A stretch of DNA of 62,943 nucleotides, counting the filler, from Octopus bimaculoides (lineage: Eukaryota): NCBI RefSeq assembly GCF_001194135.2. It is 5 parts of 4 records of this genome, joined end to end, with 100 filler letters (N's around TTAATTAATTAA, not from the genome) between each part and the next. Parts side by side here need not be neighbours in the genome. Positions count along the whole stretch, not along the records: positions 49,600 to 62,943 come from NC_068983.1; 4 more parts are not named here. One strand, 5' to 3'. A program made the translations under genes and the position numbers. The notes under the pieces are model-generated. The model was not told the DNA's origin. It did no database searches and saw nothing but the letters and a program-made list of their open reading frames with translations. Positions 52,682-62,943 of this stretch are shown here, piece by piece (position 1 is the first letter of the stretch; each line of letters starts with the position of its first letter).

Positions 52682-53548
52682 TGTATGTATATATATTGAA
52701 TATTTAATCCATAATTATTAGTTTAACAAAATATATTTTGTTGAACTAATGAATAAGGATTAAATGTTTATTTATTATCAGACTTATCTCAGAGTTCTTT
52801 ATTCTATGTGGCCAGACATAACTTGACTTGATATTGGTTTCAGAATTACAATATAGATACCCACACTCACTTTGTGTGTGTGTGTGTGTGTGCATGTGCA
52901 CACTCATGTGTTACTGTCTCCTTGCCTTGACATTATGTAATTGTTGTAAATGAGTGTCCCCATCATGCAAGTTGCATCCTTTGTTTCCGGTCACACACAC
53001 ACACGTGCGCACACATTGTGTGATTCTGTGTATCTGTATTGTAAATCTGAAACCAAAATTGAGGAAAGAATATAAGATGCTTATGTATATTTTATGAATA
53101 TAACAATGCATTCTGACTTTTGTCAGAACAGTGTTGTATTGAAGCAACTAGTGTTGTAAGGTAAACGTTATTAATGATAAATCAATTTGTAGATATAGGG
53201 TTGGCCCTCTTCCATTCAACAACAAGGATTTAGTTGTTCAGTCCACTGAATTACCAGCTCATGTAATTAATGTATGAGCAGCTGAGCGTTCCACTCATAC
53301 ACGTAGCTTGAATGTAATTCTCAGGTAGCAACAGCTTGACATAGTATGTGACAATGCTGTTCCCATGAAAAATTCATTCAACAGGCTTCTATAAATTTTC
53401 TCTCGAAAGTGTTTCTTTTACAAGGTTTGGGTCAAATAAAGGTTATAGAAAATGGCATTAGCCCAAGAGGCCATGCAGTGGGCTGAATTAATAATGTTGT
53501 GGTTGTGCAGTGAACTACTTGACCATTTAGCCATCATCATTATATATT

Positions 53549-53605
<57 letters not shown>

Positions 53606-53619
53606 TATATATATGATGG

Positions 53620-53790
53620 CCGTCCACTCATGACCGAGGAAGACCATTGCCAACCTTCAGGGACATTCTGCGCTCTAGTACTAACTTACATTTTGCATTT
53701 ACGGCTCCGTTGGTGGCTAATGAGCCCTGCTCTTGATAAGCATACACGACTGCAAACATTGCAGATTAAGCTTTCCCCATTCACTATATG
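53620..53790 (-). mobile_element. RTE LINE extreme 3' end with C2H2/C2HC finger
   Basis: NGESLICNVCSRVCLSRAGLISHQRSRKCKM*, then the RTE-type end gtcttcctcggtcatgagtggacggccatcat. Confidence 0.8.
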
Positions 53791-53814
53791 CATATATATA
53801 TATATGACATGTGA

Positions 53815-54415
53815 ATTTACAAAACCAGGAACTGGCCATATTGTCCGAATGGCAGATGAATGCACACCCAAACAGCTGTTTTATGGCAAGCTTGCAGAAG
53901 GGAAATGCAATCGGTGTAAACCTAAAAAGAGGTTTAAGGACGGCATAAGGACTAGCATGAAGTCACTTGGAATGGATCCAAGGGCCATAGAAACGCTTCG
54001 GATCGAGCTGGATGGCAAACAGAAGCATGGAGTGGAATAAAAGCATTTGAGGAGGCCAGGATAACATACGTAAGGCTGAAAAGAGATTTAAAGAAGAATG
54101 TTGCGATTGAGAAGGTGAATCTCAATGACCTTTTTGTGTGCACAGTTTGTGACACATCATGCCTTTCTTTTGCTGGGCTCAAATTTCATTTGAGGACCCA
54201 TGAAAAACAAACCTCCACCAACTATTCTGCCTATATATCTGTGCACACCTTTCAATGCCATGTATGCTGTAAGGTCTGTAATTCTAATGGAGGCCTCAAA
54301 AGACATTTTAAGATATACAAAGATCAGAACTCAACTGCAGTTCTTGATGGTCCAAATCGGATATGCAATCTATGTGGGTGCCTTTTCAATAAGTCACATC
54401 AGACACCATGATGAA
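53815..54415 (+). mobile_element. RTE LINE ORF2 C-terminus with several zinc-finger remnants
   Basis: GHIVRMADECTPKQLFYGKLAEGKCNRCKPKKRFKD (RTE thumb), then CTVCDTSCLSFAGLKFHLRTH, CHVCCKVCNSNGGLKRHFKI and CNLCG; frameshifted. Confidence 0.8.
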
Positions 54416-54442
54416 CCTAAGGTATAGGTACTAACAACCACC

Positions 54443-54475
<33 letters not shown>

Positions 54476-55359
54476 CTTATGTCATATATATATATTATCT
54501 TACATGTCTTATATATACTCTTATATGTCATATATATATAATCTTATATCATATATATATATATATATGTATATAATCTTATATGTCATATATATATATA
54601 TGTCATATATATNNNNNNNNNNNNNNNNNNNNNNNNNNNNNNNNNNNNNNNNNNNNNNNNNNNNNNNNNNNNNNNNNNNNNNNNNNNNNNNNNNNNNNNN
54701 NNNNNNNNNNNNNNNNNNNNNNNNNNNNNNNNNNNNNNNNNNNNNNNNNNNNNNNNNNNNNNNNNNNNNNNNNNNNNNNNNNNNNNNNNNNNNNNNNNNN
54801 NNNNNNNNNNNNNNNNNNNNNNNNNNNNNNNNNNNNNNNNNNNNNNNNNNNNNNNNNNNNNNNNNNNNNNNNNNNNNNNNNNNNNNNNNNNNNNNNNNNN
54901 NNNNNNNNNNNNNNNNNNNNNNNNNNNNNNNNNNNNNNNNNNNNNNNNNNNNNNNNNNNNNNNNNNNNNNNNNNNNNNNNNNNNNNNNNNNNNNNNNNNN
55001 NNNNNNNNNNNNNNNNNNNNNNNNNNNNNNNNNNNNNNNNNNNNNNNNNNNNNNNNNNNNNNNNNNNNNNNNNNNNNNNNNNNNNNNNNNNNNNNNNNNN
55101 NNNNNNNNNNNNNNNNNNNNNNNNNNNNNNNNNNNNNNNNNNNNNNNNNNNNNNNNNNNNNNNNNNNNNNNNNNNNNNNNNNNNNNNNNNNNNNNNNNNN
55201 NNNNNNNNNNNNNNNNNNNNNNNNNNNNNNNNNNNNNNNNNNNNNNNNNNNNNNNNNNNNNNNNNNNNNNNNNNNNNNNNNNNNNNNNNNNNNNNNNNNN
55301 NNNNNNNNNNNNNNNNNNNNNNNNNNNNNNNNNNNAAGGTATAGGTACTAACAACCACC

Positions 55360-55394
<35 letters not shown>

Positions 55395-55398
<4 letters not shown>

Positions 55399-55620
55399 CA
55401 TATGTTTGTGTGTCTGTGTTTGTTCCCCCCAACATCGCTTGACAACCGATGCTGGTGTGTTTACGTCCCCCATAACTTAGCGGTTCGGCAAAAGCAACCA
55501 ATAGAATAAGTACTAGGCTTACAAAGAATAAGTCCTGGGGTCGATTTACTTGACTAAAGGCAGTGCTCCAGCATGGCCACAGTCAAATGAATGAAACAAG
55601 TAAAAAGAGTAAAAGAGATC
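55395..55620 (+). mobile_element. SINE family B, 3' half
   Basis: Core and tail as in other copies. Confidence 0.85.
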
Positions 55621-56093
55621 CTCCTGTATTTTCTTTTCCCAAAGCCAGGAACTTTTCAGCATCCCTTTGTGTGTATATATATATATATATATATAGAATA
55701 CTATATATATGTTATTCACAGACATATATATCACTCTTTCTCCCCCCCCCCCACCTTCTCTCAACATCCCCACTTATATTCAGTCTCTTTACTATCAACA
55801 ACAAATCAGTGATCTTTCTTTCTCAATCTCTCTCTTTCACTCACACACTCACATTTTCTCTTCCATTACCCTCTCTTCGCTTACTCTCTTTTCCCTTACC
55901 CCTGCTTTCCATCACTCAGTTCACTTCTATTATCACTTTAGTTCTCTTGTTCTATTTATAAACGAAACCAAAAGACAAAATGGAAAGGAATGAACAAACA
56001 GAAACAGTGTAAGGATTTAGGGACTCCCTGTGATCTTGCTGCAGGGTGAAACAACCCATCTAGGGCCAGTGAATGGATGAATATGTCACTGAG

Positions 56094-56451
56094 TGTTGGC
56101 ACTCCGTCGCTTACGACGTCGAGGGTTCCAGTTGATCCGATCAACGGAACAGCCTGCTCGTGAAATTAACGTGCATGTGGCTGAGCACTCCACAGACACG
56201 TGTACCTTTAACGTAGTTCTCGGGGAAGGCTGACCCTTTGAAATACAGATACAACAGAAACAGGAAGTAAGAGTGAGAGAAAGTTGTGGTGGAAGAGCAC
56301 AGCAGGGTTCACCACCATCCCCTGCTGGAGCCTCGTGGAGCTTTAGGTGTTTTTGCTCAATAAACACTCACAACGCCCGGTCTGGGAATCGAAACCGCGA
56401 TCCTATGACTGCGAATCCGCTGCCCTAACCACTGGGCCATTGCGCCTCCAC
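56094..56451 (-). mobile_element. SINE family C
   Basis: A and B box head plus conserved body. Confidence 0.9.
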
Positions 56452-57020
56452 ATGTCACTGAGTAAAAAGGAAGAATCTGGGTATAAGACAGTGTCTCTAT
56501 TGTTGGTGTCATGATAAAGTGCACCAAGTACTTTGCAATAAAGTGGTCAGCCATAAGAAATGTAAAACATATGAGCAAGATATGGTACCCAACCCATCTA
56601 AGAGACAGTAACTTCAAGACTTAATGTTGAAAGGACCTATCCAAATCATATAACTCTAGAAAAGCAAATGTAAAATTATGACCATATATCACACACACAC
56701 ACACACACTATGTCTTTTTACTTGTTTCAGCTATTGGAGTGAGGCCATACTGGGGCTCCGCATTGAAGGGGACTTTTTACTCAAATCAACTACAGTGCTT
56801 ATTTTCTAAAGTCTGGTACTTATTCTTACCATCACTTTTCCTGTACTACTAGGTTACAGGAGAGTAAACAAACCAACACCAGTTGTCAAGTGATGGGACA
56901 TAGGCATAAACAAAAAAGACACACGCACACATACCATGGACTCCTTTCGGCTTTCATCTACCAAATCCACTTACAAGACTTTGGTTGGCCTGGGGCTATA
57001 GTGGAAGACACTTTCCTGTG

Positions 57021-57062
<42 letters not shown>

Positions 57063-57239
57063 ATGCAACCCAAGGTAAAGAAAAACAATGGATAAAAGTG
57101 AACAAAAAATTAAACCATATATCTACTGCTTGCCAGGTGCTTGTGGTATTGATTACTCTCATTGAACTCTAAATAATCTTTAACTCAAAATAACATTTTA
57201 CATACATTTACAGCATACATACATACATACATATGTATA

Positions 57240-57587
57240 TAGTACACTGCCTAAGTGCCAATCTTGAGAAATTAGGCTTATCAAAACTAGAAAGGGGAAA
57301 GTTGATTTGAAGACTACAGATTCAAGCCAGAACTGGAACTGTAAAAAATTTGCAAAACTTTCCAAAAGTTTATCATTTTAGTATATATGTGCATGCCTAA
57401 GCATACACTATATGCATGAGAATACATACATAAAACAAAACAAACAAATCTACACGTGCATTGAGTCCAATTACTGCACATATACATACATGTAAAAATG
57501 TTAAATTCTAATGTAGGAGTCTTGAATCTACATTAGAAACCAGTCCTTTCTCTGGTGGCAAGAAATCTTGAAATAAAACTGAATATT

Positions 57588-57590
<3 letters not shown>
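57240..57590 (+). mobile_element. REL-type LINE 3' end (second family)
   Basis: ANLEKLGLSKLERGKLI*RLQIQARTGTVK..., then 3' UTR ending ggcaagaaatcttgaaataaaactgaatattgac(ac)n; homologous to 60545-61010. Confidence 0.65.
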
Positions 57591-57632
<42 letters not shown>

Positions 57633-57728
57633 NNNNNNNNNNCACTCACTCACTCACTCACTCCACCCATCCACCCAAAACCCACCATCCATCCATCCAT
57701 CCATCCATCCATCCATCCATCCATGGGG

Positions 57729-58576
57729 AAATAATATTCTTAAGATTATAAGCCTGGTAAATGACAGGACAAGTTATTACACTTGGCAAAGTTTGGGCCA
57801 GCTTATTACATCTGGTAAAGTGCAGAACAAGAAAATTTTTTACTTAAAATATTGCAGCTAAGGATAAAATTTCAAATGAAATATTTAGATTTAGAAAATA
57901 TTAGCATTTATTAAAGCTAAGAATTTTATTACAGGTTATTACTTCTATTTGTTATTACTTGTTGCTTCTACTAAAAATTTAAAAAATAACTCAATTAAAA
58001 TATTTTTTGCACTTTACAAAAATTCATTTTTTTTTTAGTTATTAATTGATAATTAAAAATTTGAAAATAGGTTATAAAAAGTAATAGTAGTATATAATTA
58101 GTTAGTACAATAAATAGAATAATACAAAAATTAGTTATATATTACAGTAAAAACTACCTATAACAAAAAATTCACAGTAAAATTTGCTTAAGTTACTGTC
58201 TAAGTTATTGCCAAGTCTTCACATTTTTAATCTTGACCCAATGCCTATCTTTTACATAATGAATTTGCCTACCATATATACTATTCTACTTTGCATAAAA
58301 CTTTAGCTTTATTGGTACATCTGGCTCTCATTTTTTAAGTATTCTAGTGTGTCAATATTTTAGCAAAATGATGGTACCTTTTTTTAATTATAATGTTACT
58401 ATGTAAATTAAAATCAAATAATTTTTACTATTCAAATTTTATCTTTAGCTGGAATATTTCAGGTAAAAATTTTCTTTTCCTGTACTTTACCAGATGTAAT
58501 AAGTTATCCTAAACTTTTCCAAGTGTAATAACTTGTCCTGTAATTTTGCAGGTTTATAATCGTAAGAATATTATTT
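57729..58576. mobile_element. AT-rich foldback element with about 150-bp TIRs
   Basis: aaataatattcttaagattataagcctgg..acaggacaagttattacacttgg.. mirrored at about 58430-58576. Confidence 0.7.
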
Positions 58577-58764
58577 ATCTTGCTTGCATTTTTCCATGCA
58601 ATCCATGTTTTTTTCCAGGCTATGCTATTATGCTAATTAATAATGTGTCAAATGTGTCAATTAGCGGTTTCATTGATAATTTTTTCCTTACCACAATGAT
58701 GCCAGTGACATACATTAAAAGTCCCTTATAGAACTATATTCATAAAAAAGTATAGAACCGTATT

Positions 58765-58796
<32 letters not shown>

Positions 58797-59700
58797 TGTT
58801 TAATGTCTGCTTTCCATGCTGACATGGGTTGGACAATTTGACTGAGGACTGGTGAGTCAGAGGCTGCACCAGGCTCATTCTGATGTAGCAAAGTGTCTAC
58901 AGCTGGATGCCCTTCCCAATGCCAACCACTCCAAGAGTGTAGTAGGTGTTTTTACGTAACACCGGCATGAGGGCCAGTCAGGTGGTTCTGGCAACGACCA
59001 TGCTCAGAAGGTGATTTTTATGTGCTTCCGGCACGGAAGCCAGTCCAGTAGCACTGGTAACGACCAGGCTCGAATGTTGTTTTTCACGTGCCACCGGCAC
59101 ATGTGTTGGTAAGGCGACACTGACAACAATCATGCTTGAATGGTGCTTTTCACATGGGAGCCAATCCATGGCCCTGGCAACAATCATGCTTGGATGTGCT
59201 TTTAACATTTCATTGGCACAAGTGCCAATCAGGTGGTACTGTCATTGGCCACGTCAGCAATTTTGATTTGTTTTCACTTGCCTCAATAGGTCTTCGAAAG
59301 CAAAGTTCATTGTCCATTGAATGAGGGGTACTCATAAGTGGGCCAGTTACACCCCACGTTCGGATGTGCTTTTAACGTACCACTGGCACGAGTACCAATC
59401 AGGCGGTACTGTCATCCGCCACCTCAGCGATTTTGATTTCACTTGCCTCAATAGGTCTTTGCAAGCAAAGTTTATTGACCAATGAATGAGAGGTATTCAT
59501 AAGTGGGCTGGTTACACCCACTGACATAGGCCATGGTCTCACTTGGCTTGTCGGGTCTTCTCAAGCGCAGCATATCTTCAAAGGTCTCGGTCACTAGTCA
59601 TTGTCTCGGTAAAGCCCAATGTTCGATGGCCGTGCTTCACCACCTCATCCCAGCTTTTCCTGGGTCTACCTCTTCCACAGGTTCCCTCAGCTGCTAGGGT
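58765..59700 (-). mobile_element. RTE LINE 3' end: ORF2 terminus, repeat-containing 3' UTR, (GAT)n tail
   Basis: TLAAEGTCGRGRPRKSWDEVVKHGHRTLGFTETMTSDRDL*RYA (RTE C-terminus) contiguous with the gtgccggtggcac units and GAT tail; the UTR has an about 175-bp tandem duplication (59180-59520). Confidence 0.85.
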
Positions 59701-60249
59701 ATCACCCTCAAATTTGAGAAACAAACTCTCATTACTTTTCCTTTTAAAACTTCATTGCATGAGATTGGTACCATGAAATTCCTCGAATTGAGCTCTATCA
59801 TTTAAGCTTAATTAAAATATAGTTTGTTTTTAAAATAAAAAAAAGTTAATTATACTTAAATCCAATTTTTTGCCATACTTATATTTTTTTCATGATATTT
59901 TACCTCACAACTCTTTTGATACAAATTTTTGTTGAATGGGAACAAAACTATGAAATTCTTCATGCTTGCTTCTATCATTGAAGCTAAGATAAATATATTT
60001 GGCTTTTAAAATAAAAAAGTTATTTAGATCTAAACTTGATTGGTGGTGTTACTTACGCTACAAATTTTGATGTAAACTTTTTTTTCTACTGGATCAAGTC
60101 TCAATTTTTTAAATTCCAAAATGTAGCTAGGGATCAGTCCTCTTCAAACATGTTAACAATTTTCAATTTGGTTAAGAACTGAATTAGCAACAAGTTATAC
60201 AATGTGCTGCATCTGAGTAAATTGTGGCCTTGAGAATATTCAACTACTA

Positions 60250-61300
60250 CTGTAGTTGAATGATACATACATACATACATAACAAATCTGCGCATAAATA
60301 CATATGCATACGCCTAGGCATGAAAATATATACATAAAAATGCATCCATAAAACAAACATACAAATCTGCGCATAAACTAACGCCAAATACTGCACACAC
60401 ACACATATGTACAAATACCTAGATGATGTTGATAAAAGTTCCAATGAAGGAGCCTTGAATCTATGTTAGAGTCCTTTCTCTATTGACAAGAAATACAGAA
60501 ATGAAACTGATTGATAACATACATACATACATGCATGCATACTGCACTAATGAGAAATCTACAGTTACTCTATCCAGATTATAAGTTCAGGTTTATACCT
60601 ATAACCATTGCTGGCTTTGGGATATGTAACACACTGACTATTTGTCAATCTTGAGAAGTTAGGCTTCACGAAACTTGAAAAGAGAAAGCTGATCTGAAGA
60701 CTACAGATCCAAACCATCATTGGAACTGTAAAAATTTGTGAAACTTTCCCAAAATTTATTATTGAAGTATATATATGCATGTGTAGACATGCAACTATAT
60801 GCAGCATGTGAATACATACAGAAAACAAAACCTGCAAATTTACACATGCACTAACTCCCAATACTTCACACACACACACGCACACACATATAAAAAAAAT
60901 ACTCTGTTGATGTTGTTGAAATTCCAATGAAGGAGACTTAGATCTAAGTTAGAAACTGGTTCCTTCTCTATTGGCAAGAAATCTTGAAATAAAACTAAAA
61001 AATGACATACATACATACATGCATGCATTTGTGCATACATACATATATATACATACATACATACATGCATAAATGTATGTAAGCATGCATGCATGCATAC
61101 ATGCTGAGATTCTCCAGAGAAGAACGGAGCCAAATGATCCACATTCTCCAATTATAGTAGTTTAGATTACCATAAACATTTCAAAAACGTTCCAAGAATT
61201 CTCCATAAGTTTACTAAGCTCGAACGGATGTACGCAGTAAGGTATGTATGAATATATGTGGAATATGCACATATGCACTCAAGCTGTAACGAAGCACCCA
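60250..61300 (+). mobile_element. Stack of three 5'-truncated copies of the second REL-type LINE family
   Basis: 60545-61010 encodes RNLQLLYPDYKFRFIPITIAG...VNLEKLGFTKLEKRKLI*RLQIQTIIGTVKICETFPKFII. 60250-60530 is UTR only; 61085-61300 is a diverged FSREERSQMIHILQL copy. Units are separated by (ACAT)n. Confidence 0.65.
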
Positions 61301-61557
61301 CACTTGTGTACCAGTGTGACATGCACACCCACTACGCAGAGAAAAGTTTATCCACTTGCACATATGCACACGCACACACACACACAAACCACCCAGCTCA
61401 GATAACTGCAAATCTCGAGAGTGTTCTTCACTTAAGCAAAAGAACTGTAACACATTTTTGGTGACTGACATGTATTCTGTAAAAGAAACTGAAATAATCT
61501 CAGAGAATAACATACATACATTTATACACATACACACACACACACATATATATATAT

Positions 61558-61606
61558 TTCATTTCAAAGTTTCAGCTCAGAGCTGCGGCCATGCTGATGC
61601 ACCACC
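61558..61606 (-). mobile_element. LINE/SINE-type 3' tail fused downstream of the U6 fragment
   Basis: Minus strand ggtggtgcatcagcatggccgcagctctgagctgaaactttgaaatgaa, homologous to the LINE tail at 35453-35500 and the SINE B tail. Confidence 0.65.
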
Positions 61607-61613
61607 CTGTTAG

Positions 61614-61667
61614 AAAAAATATGGAACGCTTCACGAATTTGCGTGTCATCCTTGCGCAGGGGCCATG

Positions 61668-61670
<3 letters not shown>
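61614..61670 (-). pseudogene. RNU6: 5'-truncated U6 snRNA retrocopy (3' half)
   Basis: TAGCATGGCCCCTGCGCAAGGATGACACGCAAATTCGTGAAGCGTTCCATATTTTTT matches the conserved 3' half of metazoan U6 including the U tail. The 5' half and upstream promoter are absent, replaced by (TA)n. Confidence 0.93.
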
Positions 61671-61721
<51 letters not shown>

Positions 61722-61784
61722 CTGCATGCATACTTACTTGCTTCTATGCTTGCATTCACACATAATACCCATCCGTCTATCCAT

Positions 61785-62150
61785 AGACATGGTTCCGTGT
61801 TCAGTCCCACTATGTGGCACCTTGGACAAGTGTCTTCTACTATAGCCTTGGGTCGACTAAAGCCCAGTGAGTGGACTTGGTACTGAAGCTGAAAGAAACC
61901 TGTTGTGTGTGTGTGTGTGTTTGTTTCTGCGTTTGTCCCCCACCACCACTTGACAACCGGTGTTGGTGTGTTTACGTCCCCGCAAATTAGCATTTCGGCA
62001 AAAGAGACCGATAGAATAAGTATTTGGGTTAACAAAAAATAAGTACTGGGGTCGAGTGATTATTTGACTAAAAACGAATTGTTCAAGGCGGTGCCCCAGC
62101 ATGGCCGCAGTATTAATGACTTAAACAAGTGAAAGATAAAAAGATAAAAG
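61785..62150 (+). mobile_element. SINE family B
   Basis: Partial head, core and tail aaggcggtgccccagcatggccgcag...gataaaagataaaaga. Confidence 0.85.
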
Positions 62151-62375
62151 ATACATACTCGTACAAGCACATATAAGTAAATACACTGGCAAAGGAGTAG
62201 GTATTTATAAAATTGTCAATAAACAGCTTTTTTGATTATGAGGGTTTATAGCTTAAAATTGTTACACACACACACACATACTGTGTCATACTGATAATTT
62301 TTTGAGAGTACACGAGCCTGTGTAAAGCTCAGCCGAGCGAACAAGTGAACCCTTTTCTAAAAGTACAGCTCTACA

Positions 62376-62412
<37 letters not shown>

Positions 62413-62492
62413 ATGCGCGCGCGCGCACACATATATATAGTCTGTAAAAAACATACATCTGAAAGAAGGACACTCTAAGATGTAGAGTAGTA

Positions 62493-62642
62493 TATATTAA
62501 AAATGAGGAAGGCAGGTTTATGGGATTACCCTAGGTCTCCCGTCCATAAAGGGTTTAGTTTTGGGGATCCGGCGATACGCCATAACGCTAAACCCTTTAT
62601 GGACGGAAAACTTAAGGTAATCCCTTCACCATTTTTAATATA
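62493..62642. mobile_element. Hairpin MITE of about 150 bp
   Basis: gggattacc..ccgtccataaagggtttag mirrored by ctaaaccctttatggacgg..ggtaatccc; outer tattaaaaatg / catttttaata in TA context. Confidence 0.7.
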
Positions 62643-62943
62643 TATATCTAAGTCAAATCGTCCAACACATGCTAGCATGGAAAGCGGACGTTAAACGACG
62701 ATGATGATACACACACACACGTGTGTGTGTGTATTTATTTATGTTGATGCGTGTTTGAAAACTAGTGTTAGTTTGTTTACGTCCTCGTAGTTTAACACTT
62801 CGTCAGACGCGAGGATTGAGTAAAAAGCAGCAGAAATACAATAAAATAAAATAAAGTAAAAGTATTGGGGTCGATTCATTCAACAAAAGCCCTTCAAGGC
62901 CCGGTATTGCTGCAACAATTCAATGAAAGAATATATATATATA

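Noticed and set aside
54417-55372. aaggtataggtactaacaaccacc(at)n repeated on both sides of a gap
   Set aside because: Likely assembly duplication at a microsatellite-bounded gap.
60905-60995. Minus-strand exon-like unit DFLPIEKEPVSNLDLSLLHWNFNNINR with paralogs at 57.5 and 60.5 kb
   Set aside because: It is the antisense of the REL-LINE 3' UTR; the paralogs carry stops and frameshifts.
61158-61241. Plus-strand exon-like ORF SLDYHKHFKNVPRILHKFTKLERMYAV with donor AAG|GTATGT
   Set aside because: An alternative frame matches the REL-LINE C-terminus, so it is a diverged LINE copy.

Overview
Eukaryotic, AT-rich, gap-riddled draft-assembly DNA. The SINE/LINE repertoire and microsatellite load suggest an octopus (coleoid cephalopod); this is inferred, not verified. 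Solid non-repeat features are two in-phase minus-strand exons of an SLC22-type organic cation transporter (16763-16968, 14743-14973), an intact tRNA-Leu(CAG) gene with a Pol III terminator (18414-18497, minus) and a perfect 3' half of U6 snRNA (61614-61670, minus). Most of the rest is transposon debris: three tRNA-derived SINE families (called A, B, C here), 5'-truncated RTE, CR1/L2-like and restriction-endonuclease (R4/Dong-like) LINEs, a Helitron helicase fragment with its 3' end, mariner and piggyBac remnants, and about 11 foldback/MITE elements. No CRISPR, rRNA or prokaryotic-type system is present. The most interesting leads are: a U6-LINE-tail chimera; a palindromic Merlin-like MITE with telomeric repeats and a 9-bp TSD; REL-LINE 3' ends repeatedly sitting in (ACAT)n; a head-to-head RTE foldback; and a speculative plus-strand chain of micro-exons (20.8-52.8 kb) inside a CpG-decayed domain. 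Repeat boundaries are approximate and read by eye.
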